Origin: Cetorhinus maximus
Lineage: Eukaryota
DNA: 64,000 bases
NCBI RefSeq assembly: GCF_964194155.1
Contig: NC_135887.1
Span: forward strand, 95,418,001 to 95,482,000
Direction: 5' to 3'
The notes below the pieces were generated by a model. That model saw only the letters and a list, made by a program, of their open reading frames with translations, was not told the origin of the DNA and searched no databases. A program made the position numbers and the translations under genes. The stretch's first letter is position 1; every line of letters begins with the position of its first letter. This document shows, piece after piece, positions 24,476 to 36,630 of this stretch.

Positions 24476-24519
24476 GTCCTTTATTCGTAACACAATGCAC
24501 TAAGTCAAAGTTATAAGGT

Positions 24520-25328
24520 TGTGATGTTTTGGGGCTGCCTCTTTAATTAGAGTAAAATGGAGGAATGAAGGCGGTCATGTGACCTTTGAATTCTGCTTGG
24601 TCACAAGCCTGGATCACTTAGTTGCTATGAAGATAAGAGGGGCCTGAGTCAAGCGACTTGCTGAGAAGGTGCAAGATGTTCACGCCTGTGGACCATGGCA
24701 AGAGCATCTGTGCTAATTGTGGGTAGGCTGTCCATCTCCAAGGCGCTCTCAGGTGTTAGGAATGTCAGGTTTTATGAATGATTATACTTCAAACTGTCTG
24801 TGCAATTCCTAGCTAGAATGGAGTTGGGGTTTAAGAGGATAGCCAATTGCCATTTCTACCTGGATACAAGGAGACAGAGTCTGAGTTCATGATGATTTAA
24901 GGAAGCTGTAAGATTTATCTAGCTTGGCATAGAGAGGAGGAATATCCAGTGTAACCCTCACAGTGAAAGTCAGCTCTGGGGCTAGAAGCTAACTGGCTGG
25001 GAAAGGGAAACGGAAGCCGGCCATTGGGAGTGGAGAACAGCTTTGGATTGGTTCCAGAAGAATAACTTTCGACTGGTTCCAGAGGAATAAAGCGTACATT
25101 TAAGGGGCAGTGTAAAGTATAATGGTGGTGGGGAATTTTGGATTGGGGAAACTTTTCTTCAGTTTAAAGTATAATTTGCCTACTTAGTGGTTAATCAATG
25201 GTGCTTTGAATTTGTTTGCTACATTAAAAGTCTTAAAATTTGAAATTTTCTCGCATGATCCTTCTAGACAGTCACTGGAAACTCGAATATCATTTTTTAA
25301 GTTGTTGGTCTCAACGGGGATTGTAACA
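24520..25328 (+). mobile_element. Solo-LTR-like element
   Basis: TGTGATG...GGGATTGTAACA termini; 3' end matches the reverse complement of 59404-59430. No TSD seen. Confidence 0.5.
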
Positions 25329-25418
25329 ATTGCTGAAGCTAGGGTGACACTACTTTTCTAATCTTGTGAATTTATCTGCAGAGAAAATTTAACAGATTTC
25401 AGCTGCAGCTTTATGCTA

Positions 25419-25630
25419 TAAAAGCAAAGTGCTGGAAATACTCAGCAGGTCAGAGTTAACATTTTGAGTCAAATAGACTTCTTCAGAACTGGATTCGACA
25501 ATTCTAAAGAACAGTCACAGTCAACTCGCACGGTAATTGTGTTTCTCTCTCCAGAGATACAGCCAAACCTGCTGAGCATTTCCATTCTACTTTCATTTGT
25601 ATTTCCAGCGTCTGCAATATTTTGCTTTTA
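25419..25630. mobile_element. Old fold-back PLE-terminus insertion
   Basis: Begins taaaagcaaa, ends tttgctttta, with two opposed decayed hammerhead motifs inside. Degenerate TSD ctgcagctttatgct / ttgcagctttttact. Confidence 0.7.
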
Positions 25631-25969
25631 TTGCAGCTTTTTACTGTCATCTGTATCACTGGTGATTTAAGAACGGTTTTTTAAGGGAAGTATTATCCTG
25701 AGGTCCCACTCTTGATTGGTATCCAGTGCCCCTTGCTGAAAAGTGTGCAGGTTGAATGAGAGAGGATCAGGCTCAGCTGTGATGCGCCATGTGGTTGAAA
25801 AACCCTTTTAAGATTTATTGGGCTGACAGTTGAAGAGTGGCTGCTGTTGGTGTTAATTTACTCTGTTAATTTACTTCATTGTTTAAAAAAAAGAAATTGT
25901 GAATGGTTCATGGTGATCATATTGCAGCGATGAGACTTGGATGCTTAAGTAAACAGCACCAAAATGGGC

Positions 25970-26460
25970 ATTTGTCCAAACTTATTCTTCTATTCTTTTC
26001 TCCCTCGCGTGCTTATCTAGCTCGCCCTTAAATGCATTTGTGCTATTCACCTCAGCTACTACTGATTGCTGTGAGTTCCACATTCTAACTGCTCTCTAGG
26101 TAGACATTGCTCCTAATTCTCTATTGGATTAATCGGTGGCCATCTTAGATTCATGATCCCTAGTTTTGGTCCCCTCCACAAGTGCAAATGTCATCTATAC
26201 ACCTATCAAATCTTTTCTAATTGTAAAGACCTCTATCAGATCACACCTCATTTCTTTCCAGGGAAAATGGACCTTAACCTGTTCAGTTTTTCCTGATGTA
26301 TAACCTTCAGTATCATCCTTGCAAAGCTTTCTTGCACCTTCTAGTGCCTCTATCTGCTTTCTCTAATATGGAGACCAGAACTGTACACAGGTACTCCAAC
26401 TGTGGTCTCACCAAGGTTCTATGCAAGTTGAACATAACCTCTTTGCTTTTCAATTCTATC
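25970..26460 (-). mobile_element. CR1 3' fragment
   Basis: ggagaccagaactgtacacag..tgtggtctcaccaaggttctatg = reverse complement of LVRPQLEY.VQFWSP; taaagacctctatcagatca. Confidence 0.75.
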
Positions 26461-27349
26461 TTTGTAGAAAGGCTTTGTTTGCTTAATTTGTTATTTTTTT
26501 ATAACCTAATCCTGTCATGTTTCTTCGCAGATTTTCAACTGCATCAGCTTTGGCTATTTTTTCTAGTTTTCTGGATAAATGTTAAGTCTTCACTTCAGGT
26601 TACTCTTGAAACATTTTTTGACTGTTCTTTTTTTCTGTCATCAGTTGGCAGTAGGATAGAGTTTTGGGAAATCTCTTGCATGCTTGTAATATGTCTGACT
26701 GACCTGTATAACTACAATTTTGATGCTGGTCATATTGGCATGCTGCACCCCTTTGGTGTTTGTCTCTGATGTGCTACTTAATTTTCGTAGGTTGTATATG
26801 ACTTTGGAAGCATTGTTCTATCCCCTTAATGTGCTTGTGTTTAAATGCTTGTGGAAATATTCCCCATCTCCTCCCTTTGCTAACTCAGAGGCCTTGAGGC
26901 CAATTGCCGCATTGCAACCTTTTGCCTTGTATTGGTTAACACTACATCCTGGGAATTAGATTTGTGATCTTCCTGATCTAATCACTCACTTAACCAGCTA
27001 AGCTATCTTGCAGCAGTGAAGTGTTTGTTTTCTTTTTGATCTGACAGGAAAGTTGATTCAACTTTGTTGAAAGTGCAGCTGCTCTTTGCTATAGTTCCTT
27101 CCCGTGTTCCCCTACATCCTACTTCCTGCACTAAGAGGATGGCAGCTGACCTGTTCCTAGGCTTCTGCAACATATGTATAACTTACTTAAGGCCCATCAT
27201 TATAGTTAAGTGCTTTTTTTTTTTACAAATGACCCTCCCTCCATCCATTTCTATAGCTACCAAAAATTTTGCCAACCCTTCACTAATGTAAGGAAAACAG
27301 GACTTGCCAAATCCCTCTTTTCCATGACGATTCTGAGTTGCTAGGTAGG

Positions 27350-27795
27350 GTGAGCGCTGTGCCTTCAGTTCAGCTCAGCTCTCGTCTCCAGAGCTAGAAG
27401 GTTGTGAGTTCAGGTCCCACCCTCAGATCTGAGCTAGGTTTTCACTTCAGAATAGCACTGGAACGCTGCATTGTCAGAGATGCCATCTTTTGTATGAAAC
27501 ATACTTTAATTCTTAAATAAAGAGCTAGCCTGACTTTAGGCAGATATGAAAGATCCCATGGCATTTGTTGAAGAAGAACAGGGAAATCTCTTGGTTTCTT
27601 GGCCAGCATTTGGTCCCCACCCACCTGAAAAATTTAACTGCACATTCACCTCAGAGTTTGAGAGTTGTTGCTGTGCATTCATTGGCTGCCACATTTGCCT
27701 ACAAGCCAAGAGTAGATACATTCAAAATTTACTTCAGCTTTGAAGTTCATTGGGGTGTCATGATGATATGAAAAGCATTTTATAAATGCAAGTTT
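27350..27795 (+). mobile_element. DeuSINE (SacSINE1/AmnSINE-like), near full length
   Basis: tRNA-like head (gaaggttgtgagttcaggtccc), central Deu domain (gctgcattgtcagagatgccatcttt..aaagatcccatggca..gaagaagaacagggaa), tail ending tataaatgcaagtt. Confidence 0.75.
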
Positions 27796-27984
27796 GTTCG
27801 TCCACTCATGCCTTAATATGTGATGCTTAACACATTAGCATTCTGGTGCACAAATGCCCAAGGTTGTGCAGAGTATCCTTAAAGTTTTGCAAATGTCTCT
27901 TTGCTTGCGCCATCTGATGTATTTTATGTTTTTATGTGGTTATAATCCTTGTTCATTCTCTTGCCATAAGTGTGCATTAGACCA

Positions 27985-28115
27985 TCGAAGAAGGGTCATA
28001 CAAACTCAAAACATTAACTCTGTTTTTCTTTCCACAGATGCTGTCAGACCTGCTGAGTTTTTTCAGCATTTTGTTTTTCTTTCAGATTTCCAGCATCCAC
28101 AGTTTTTTGCTTTTA
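27985..28115 (+). mobile_element. Isolated PLE terminus with decayed hammerhead and tail
   Basis: gaagaagggtcatacaaactcaaaacattaactc...gatttccagcatccacagttttttgctttt. Confidence 0.75.
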
Positions 28116-28379
28116 ACTTAGTGCGTTAAACCATGTTCTGTTTCACGCTTAGTAATGCCTTGTTAATCTCACTTTACATTGAGGGCTGACAACAGCATGA
28201 ATGAAAAAATGAGCACTGAATGGCTTTTGAAGCTTTCAAAATATATATACCTGTTTTCTATCATTTGTCCAAAATGATTCTCTTCACATGACTACCACTG
28301 AAAATCTATCCTATACTAGCAAAGTCTATCCATTGATATAATTACAGCGATGAGAAATTTCCGCTTGGTAGATTCCCGA

Positions 28380-28580
28380 CATTTGGATTTTGGAATTCCG
28401 CCATTCTAAATATGTCTCTGACTTCCGCCACCTCTGTAGTCAAAACGAGAATGAACAACTGAAAGCAAAAGTGTCAATAAAAACAGAAAAATAATGTAGA
28501 GTTGTGTTTGGTGGAGAAGTGAGCGTTGGAGAGGTAGCATTTGTGAGGAGCTACTCCTCCAATCCTAGATTCCGTCTCTC
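28380..28580 (+). promoter_or_regulatory. Possible decayed promoter upstream of the SERBP1/HABP4-like exon
   Basis: YY1-like ccgccatt (~28398), ETS-like acttccg (~28421), ccaat (~28559), residual CpGs. Motif-level evidence only. Confidence 0.3.
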
Positions 28581-28678
28581 TCATGCTGCTGCTCCAGCTT
28601 CTCCAGTGATAGTACCCTGCATCCCGCTCTTGCTGCTCCACCAGAGACAGAATCTATGATTGGAGGAGCAGCAAAGAC

Positions 28679-29085
28679 ATGAGAGAGCACCTGCGATTGG
28701 AGGTCGAGGAGCAGTTATTCTGGCCAGTCCCGCTGTTGCCTTGCAGGAGACTTCGGTTGCATCATCACCAATGACTTTGACCAGATGCTTGACAGCCAGT
28801 CTGATCCATTGGATGCCCTCCATAACACCAAAGACAAGAAGCTGAATAAGAAAGAGGGGAGAAGAGACAACCTGAAACCCAGTGCAGTGGCTGTGAGCGA
28901 GGGCCCCCAGCAGCTCCTTGGCCACTGCCGCCGGTAACACGAACAAAGCCGGGAGGAGAGAGTCTCAGCCTGGAAAATTCCTGCCAGTGGTGAGGCCAGG
29001 AGCAAGCCTGGGGGAGCCACTGTACCAAGGGAGCCTTCATGGACAGCAGCCAACAGAGCGAAGGCCCGCGACTCTGCAGTATTGG
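28679..29085 (+). pseudogene. Decayed exon 1 of a SERBP1/HABP4-family RNA/ribosome-binding protein gene
   Basis: ASPAVALQE / frameshift at ~28750 / FGCIITNDFDQMLDSQSDPLDAL, versus family motif [27 protein letters not shown]. After a further frameshift, NKAGRRESQ (HABP4 has GRRESQKERK). TAA at 28935 in the motif frame; GT donor at 29086. Confidence 0.85.
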
Positions 29086-30802
29086 GTATGGGAGGGGTTT
29101 ATATAAGCACCAATTAATGTTTAAAACACCACCCAGGGTTTGAATGTGTGCTCGGTTTCACTCTGCAAACCTGGGGTAGTGGAGAGGAGCAGGCAGGCAG
29201 GGGACTGGTAACTGAAACTTTATTCTGTTTTAAAAGTGTCTTGGTCATATCAAATGTGAATGTGGCTCAGGGTTTAATTTCTATAGAAAAAGAATCAGCA
29301 TCATCCGTGGCGTGTATAAAAATGCAGCATTTAGTGATTGTCCACAGAGTGGGGTTGGGGTGGGTGTCTGTACTGGCTTGAAGGGGTGGGGGGATCCTGT
29401 ACCAGACTGGAGTTAGAACTGGGGGTTTGGGGTAGGGTGGCCTGTACTGGGCTAGGGATGGAGCGACAGCTGGGCTGGGGTTGGAGTGGGGGTCTCACTG
29501 GGCCAGCCACTGCTCTGGATGCGCAAGGCTTTGTTTAAGAGTGGGACCCCAGTCCAAAATTGCCTTGACAACACCTGGGGACCTTTTCTTTGGTTTAAGG
29601 AAATCCCGTGCACCGTCCTTTTTGAGCATGGGACTGTGACCGACCAAAGTTATGCTTAAAATTGTAAGTGAGGAATAATATACTGTTGGGAAAAATGGCT
29701 ATTCTTATACCCCACAGTGTTGCATCAAACTGATACTTGAATGTGTTGATCCTTGGCTGCAGCATAGTTCCACTGAATCAGTCAAGATCAGTCCGTTCAA
29801 CAGAGACAAGTAATTGAAGCTGGGAACTTCCTGAGACTTGAGACTGGTGGATAGGTTGCTAGGCCTTCGGGATCTTCGCTGCTACCTTGAAGTAAATAAA
29901 CCTGTGGTGGTGATGGGTGGGGAGACAATGACAAGTAAGAAGAGAAAGGATCAACCATGTAAAAATTCATTTGACTTGTTACTAGCTTACATAAATTGCT
30001 TCTTATGCCTGTTTGATTTCTGTTCCATTGCGTCAAGTAGCTGGAATTTGAGATGAAGCTGATGTTAGTTTATTATTGTAAATTGGGAATTGCATTTGGA
30101 ATCCAAATTTGAGAGAGAATACTAAGGAAGAATCGTATCCTGAACTCATGTTAACTATTTTGAATGACGGGAACTGAATCACCTTGTCTTCATAGGTGAT
30201 GAACAGAGACTTTTCAGATGGTAACCGTAGCTCATGGGTGGTGACAATGTGCCCCCTGGCTGAAGCTACCTTGCCTATGATGTAGATAACCTAGCAAGGT
30301 CATTTTTTTTTGGTTAATATGGACTTCACCCTGTAGTATATGTACGAACTGCATGAAAAACAGAAATGTTGAAATACTGAGGTCATGGGTGATTTTATAC
30401 AAATACACTGGTCCACGATTTTGACTAATAGAAGCAAAGGGAAAGCTAATGTTTCTACCCACTTGAAGCCTAATAATTTCACCTATTTAAAGTGGCCTAG
30501 AAGCATTTGTATTTTAGTACAGATCAGAAAAAGTACTATGATTTTCAGGCCCCTTGCGCTGCAGTGATTTTGCTGCTTTGTGCTACCATGTGTACATAAT
30601 TGGCTTGTCACAAAAAATTTTCAGACCTTTTTGTCTTCAGCCACTCTCATCCCTGTAGTTATCAGTCCAGAATAATTCATTCACAAGTTGTATATTATAA
30701 ACTGAACAGTGTTTTGTCAGTATGTGGTGTATGATGTAAGATTTTGCTGATAACTTTGTTTTTTTTTGTTTATTCACATTATATTTGAGCATATGCTTGA
30801 TA

Positions 30803-33800
30803 CAGTAAGTCCTCATTTAACATTGGAGTTGCCTTCCTGAAAAATGAAACATTAAGCGAATCAGATTTTCCTATTACAACCAATGTAAAGGCTGTAGTTA
30901 GGTTCCAAAGGACCGTTATGTCAGAAAAAAATTAAAGCATTATATCCTGTAAGTTTAAATACTGTACATTGTTAAATTACTATATTTGTAAACAAATAAT
31001 TTTTAAAATAAAATAAATTAATAATACAAAAGAAATATGTCAACTACTTACTCCCGCTTGCTGCCTCTCCTGCTGGCTGTCTCTTCCACTCCTTGCCCCT
31101 CCCTACTGCTCTGTCACCACCCCTACCGCTCCCCAACCCCCTGGCTCACTCCCAATCATGCTACCTGACCCTCCTGGTCACTGCTGACCCTCAGCATGCC
31201 AACCCTCCCACTTACTGCTTCCCTCTCCCTTGCTGCGATTGAGGGCTTGGGAGATGAGAGTCAGGAAGCAACCAACAGAGCTTTTGAATTGCAGGGTCAT
31301 GGAGGTAAGCTACAGGCAGGAGTGTCAGTGGCGGGAGAGGTTACTCCAAAATGACACAAATCATGTCACGTGACCCTACGTCACAGTTAGCATGAAACAA
31401 CATTAATGCAAATAGTTCCTTATTCTTTCACGGGATGTGGGCATCACTGGCTGGGCCAGCATTTATTGCCCATCCCTAACTGCCCTTGAGAAGGTGGTGG
31501 TGAGCTGCCTTCTTGAACTGCTGCAGTCCATGTGATGTAGGCGCACCCACAGTGCTGATAGGGAGAGAGTTCCAGGATTTTGACCTGGCAACAGTGAAGG
31601 AACGGTGATATATTTCCAAATCTGTATAATGAGTGGCTTGGAGGGGAACTTCCAGGTGGTGGTGTTCCCATGTGCTGGCTGCCCTTGTCCTTCTAGATGG
31701 TAGTGGTCATGGGTTTGGAAGGTGCTGTCTAAGGAGCCTTGGTGAGTTCTTGCGGTGCATCTTGTAGATGATGCACACTGCTACCAGTGTTCGTTGGTGA
31801 AGGGAGTGAATGTTTGTGGATGGGGAGCCAGTCAGTCGAGCTGCTTTGTCCTGGATGGTGTCAAGCTTCTTGAGTCTTGTTGGAGCTGCCTCATCCAGGC
31901 AAGTGGAGAGTAATCCATCACACACCTGACTTGTGCCTTGTAAATGGTGAACAGGCTTTGGGGAGTCAGGAGGTGCGTTACCACAGGATTCCAAGCCCCT
32001 GACTTGCTCTTGTAGCCACAGTATTTATATGGCTAGTCCAGTTCAGTTTCTGGTCAATGGTGACCCCCCAGGATGTTGATAGTGGGGGATTCAGTGATGG
32101 TAATGCCATTGAATGTCAAGTAGCGATGGTTGGATTCTCTCATGTCTGGCACTTGTCTGGCGCAAATGTTACTTGCCACTTGTCAGGCCAAGCCTGGATA
32201 TTGTCCAGGTCTTGCTGCATTTGGACATGGACTGCTTCAGTACCTGAGGAGTTGCGAATGTTGTTGACCATTGTGCAATCATCAGCGAACATTCCCACTT
32301 CTGACCTTATGATAGAAGGAAGGGCATTGATGATGGTTGGGCATAGGACACTACACTGAGGAACTCCTGCAGTGATGTCCTGGAGCTGAGATGACTGACC
32401 TCCAACAACCACAACCATCTTCCTTTGTGCTAGATATGACTCCAACCAGTGGAGAGTTTTACCCCTGATTCCCAATGACTCCAGTTTTTCCAGGTCTCCC
32501 TGATGCCACACTTAGTCAAATGCTGCCTTGATGTCAAGGGCGGTCACTCTCACCTCACCTCTGGAGTTCAGTTCTTTTGCCCATATTTGAACCAAGGCTG
32601 TAATGAGGTCAGGAGCTGAGTGACCCTGGCGGAACCCAAACTGAGCATCAGTGAGCAGGTTATTGCTAAGCAAGTGCTGCTTGACAGCATGGCTGATGAC
32701 CGGGATGACCCCTTCCATCACTATACTGGTGATCAAGAATAGACTGATGGGGCGGTAATTGGCCAGGTAGAATTTGTCCTGCTTTTTGTGTACAGGATAT
32801 ACCTGGGCAATTTTTCACATAGCCGGGTAGATGCCAGTGTTGTAGCTGTACTGGAACAGCTTAGCTAGGGGCGCAGCAAATTTTCAGTACTATTGCCGGA
32901 ATATTACCAGGGCCCATAGCCTTTCCAGTATCCTGTGCCTTCAGCTGTTCCTTGATATCACGTGGAGTGAATCGAATTGGCTGAAGATTCGCATCTGTGA
33001 TGCTGGAGACCTTCAGAGGAGGCCGAGATGGATCATCAGCCAAAAGTGCCGAGTGAAAGATTGTTGCAAATGCTTCAGCCTCATCTTTCGTACTGATGTG
33101 CTGGGCTCCCCCTTCATTGAGGATGGGGATATTTGTAGAGCCGCCTCCTTCAGTGAGTTGTTTAATTGTCCAACACCATTCATGACTAGATGTGGCAGGA
33201 CTGCAGAGCTTAGATCTGATCCTTTGGTTGCGGAATTGCTTTGTTCTTTCTATCGCTTGCTGCTTCTGCTGTTTGGCATGCAAGTAGTCCTGTGTTGTAG
33301 CTTCACCAGGTTGACACCTCATTGTTAGGTATGCCTGGTGCTGCTCCTGGCATGCCCTCCTGCACTCTTCATTGAACCAGGGTTGATCCCCTTGGCTTGG
33401 TGGTAATGATAAAGTGAGGGATATGTCGAGCCATGAGGTTAGAGATTGTGGTTGAATACAACTCTGATGCTGCTGATGGCCCACGATGCTTCATGGTTGC
33501 CCAGTCTTGAGTTACATAATCTGTTCCAAATCAACCTCATTTAGCACGTTCATAGTGTCACACAATATGATGGCGGGTGCTCTCAATGTGAAGACGGGAC
33601 TTCATCTCAAGGACTGGTCACTCCTACGATACTGTCATGGATAGATTCATCTGGAGCAGGCAGGTTTGTGAGGATGAGATCAAGTATGGTTTTCCCTCTT
33701 ATTGGTTCCCTCACCACCTGCCACAAGGCTAAACTCAAATACTGGCCCCATTAAAGATACAATGCTAAATTGAAATGACTTAAAATGGGGCCATTTAAAG

Positions 33801-33813
33801 TGAGGACTTACTG
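30803..33813. mobile_element. Non-autonomous Tc1/mariner-pogo (Tigger-like) DNA element with an internal LINE insertion
   Basis: TA|CAGTAAGTCCTCATTTAA ... TTTAAAGTGAGGACTTACTG|TA: terminal inverted repeats and TA TSD. Confidence 0.85.
31420..33725 (-). mobile_element. Family B LINE, 2.3 kb 5'-truncated ORF2
   Basis: DQPWFNEEC, GKAMGPGNIP, QFGFRQGHS, LDIKAAFD, AGVPQCSVL, MFADDCT, KWQVTFAPDKCQ; stops and frameshifts present. Confidence 0.92.
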
Positions 33814-36109
33814 TAGTTGCAACTGTTTTGGAAGTTAATTCTGAACTTTTTAAACAAGATCCAGACTATTTAACTTTCTCTCATGAGAATTAATGAAATT
33901 ATTTCTTGTTTAATTCCAGTATTTCAAATACACTTTAAAAATAATATGCAGTAAACAAATTATTCAAGCAGCTCTGACTTAACAGTAAATTTTATAGTGA
34001 AAATTAAGATTCGATTAATAGAACAGAAATATGTCCCACAGTGTAATTTACATTAATCTGCAATAGTATATCATCTGGCTACGGGGAACATAATATACTT
34101 AATGTACAGAATTCATCTGTCTAGGGATGTGTAGTTATAGCATGGGTAACACTACCTCTAATCTGGAATGTAAACCCATGATCTCCTAAGAATGATAATC
34201 TCATTAACTGTCCTCTTGATTTTAGTGCAAGATCAAACTAAACAAGAGAATATGTTCAGACAATATGTTCATCAGATGTCTATTCAGTAACTACAAGATG
34301 GGAATTAATTACAGGGATGCTACTAAATATTGCTGATATGTGTCCTCTAGTTTTAAGAAATGAAAGTACCCTCAAGTAAGCACGTGGTATGAAAGTTGCT
34401 TCACGTTGTGAAATCCAATTCTGTGGGTGTCGGTTTCAGTCCTCAGAATGGACATAATATTAAACAGTACAAGAATTCTGATGTTTTGGGAAAAGTCATT
34501 CTGAATGTTATATAATTCATCCAGTTTTTTTCAATAAACTTTTGTTCGTGACTTACTTATACTTCTCCAGGTTTGATTTTAATCACATGCTTTTAAGTAC
34601 TTTTGAGCACTAGAGCAGAATTATTACAACATGTAAAGTTTCAAAGCAGTTCACCATACTTTGGTGATGAAGTGGAATTGTGTTTACGGTTTGTTTTGCT
34701 GAAAATACACATATCGTACTTGCCAACAGTTTTGTGTCACCAGTACGCTAATATATTTGTTGATGCGAGATGTTTCTTAACCCATGACACATTAAGGAAA
34801 AACTCAGTTCAGTGCTTATTTGGTTTGTTGATACCAATATCATTTTGTAAAAAATACACTTAATAGTCTTTAATATTGTCATATTCTTAATGAATCACCA
34901 TGTATTGCTTCCTCTATCGATGATCGACCTGCAACAACTACTCTTAAATCCTAATATTGCATAGATTAATATACTCTCTCGGGAAACAGCTCATCCTTTT
35001 GCAGTGACTGAAAGATTCTCCTGCACATGTATAACGAAGGAAGCCTGTGAGCAAAGGAGGAAACAGCAGGGCTCTTGACTGATCAGTTTGAAGAATCTGC
35101 ACTGAGACATGCAGAATCTAAACCTGGAAGTATATAGCAGGAAACATAAATCAGATTTAAAAAGGATGAAGAGAGAGATGAAAGAGAGGGAAAAAAAAGT
35201 TAGTTTTTTAAAAATTGTCATTTGTTTTCTTTTGTGGCACTGAGACTCCACACTTGTAAAATCAAATTCTTAGGACCAGAGAGATTGTTTAGCAGTAATT
35301 ATCATTTATCACATGTTAAAAAATTCATGCACTTCTGAATATACCTATTCTACCTTTTCCGCAGTTTTTAGCACAGAACTAATAGGCAGGCATAGCAAAT
35401 CCATCCGTTCCAGTGGTGCCAAGTCTATTGCAAGGGCTACACCAGTGCGTCCTATGGAAGAGTGAGGTATCTCTGTCACAACTTTTAATTTTTGTGTTTC
35501 AACTGCATATATTGGATTGTCTCCCTTACAGTGGTGACCGGTGTTAGCCTCTCCATTATTATTATGGAAAAATGTGGTCCATTAACTCACCACTAGGTTG
35601 AATATAAGTGACCAGGGCTAATTCACTCTTGGAAATTGGAACATGCCGTGAGGATACTGGTATCCCATTCTACAGCACAGCATGTCAATGCACCACCAGT
35701 CTGCTATTTAATCTGTACAACCCGAAAATTCATTTGGATAGTGGAAATATTTGCAGCTGTTTCTTAATTACATCAAAAGCACAAATATAAAATCTGCTCA
35801 AGATACAAAGGGTTGAAATTTTGACATTCAGACATATGCAAACATTATTTCCAAAAGGTCTGTTTTCTTCCATTTTGCATAAGTGCCTCTTGGCTCTTTG
35901 CTTGACCAGAAATGCAATGAATACACTTGCAGGTAAATAATATGCAGCTGACTCATATATTAGGATAGTATAGTGTGGGTTACTGATTCATTTCAGTTTT
36001 AGCTGCCTTAGTTAAAACTATAATTACAGGGAAGAAAAAGTTTTGTTAAGTCATGATGTTATTTGCTATTTTTCATACTTGACCCAAGATAAATCTTAGT
36101 TTTATTCCA

Positions 36110-36262
36110 GAACCATATCATCGCAAATGAATTCTTCCTTGGGCTGTGTACTAAGTTTCATTGAAATCTGTTCATTAGTTTTTGAGATATATTGTTTACA
36201 GACAGACTAACAAACAGGAGCAAAAACATTACCTCCAACCAATTTCAGTGGCGGAGATAACT
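36110..36262 (+). mobile_element. Non-autonomous Helentron/Helitron-like end fragment
   Basis: aagtttcattgaaatctgttcattagtttttgagatat, acagacagac microsatellite, terminal hairpin ttacctcc...ggagataa. Architecture resembles fish non-autonomous Helentrons (from recall). Confidence 0.55.
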
Positions 36263-36289
36263 AAAATGGAAGCCAGGATGATGGGCAGT

Positions 36290-36630
36290 TTAGTGGGGCT
36301 AGGGTTGAGGGAACAGGAGGTGGATTCCATATTCAAGGTGAGCTTGGAGTAGGCTTGTTAGGGATAGGAGAGAAACTAATGATGGATATAAGTTCAGGGC
36401 TAAGCTTGTGGAAAACCTTTTGAGATGGTTTGTCCCAGTGGGCTAGGCGAAGGGAGGGCAGAGGGTCCTGATTGGACAGTCTCAAACTCAGTTACAAAGA
36501 AGTCGATGAGCTCCTCGCACTTGCTGTTGGGAGGCGAGGGTGTAGAAGAAAGGGGAGAGTGGTTTAAGTAGACAGCAGTTGGAAAAAAGAAGCTGGGGGG
36601 TTATCTTTGCATTCCAGGCTGATCCTGAAT
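36290..36630 (-). mobile_element. L2 ORF2 internal fragment
   Basis: Reverse-complement match to 47760-48000 (ctcctcgcacttgctgttgg; ttatctttgcattccagg). Confidence 0.6.

Noticed and set aside
28350-28985. Idea that the gene fragment was captured in a Pack-type transposon (gagaaatttcc ... ggaaaattcc)
   Set aside because: The inverted match is short and imperfect, there is no TSD, and the exon-like sequence continues past it to a donor site.
28581-29053. Three minus-strand ORFs of 91-121 aa
   Set aside because: Antisense shadows of the GC-rich SERBP1/HABP4-like exon on the plus strand.
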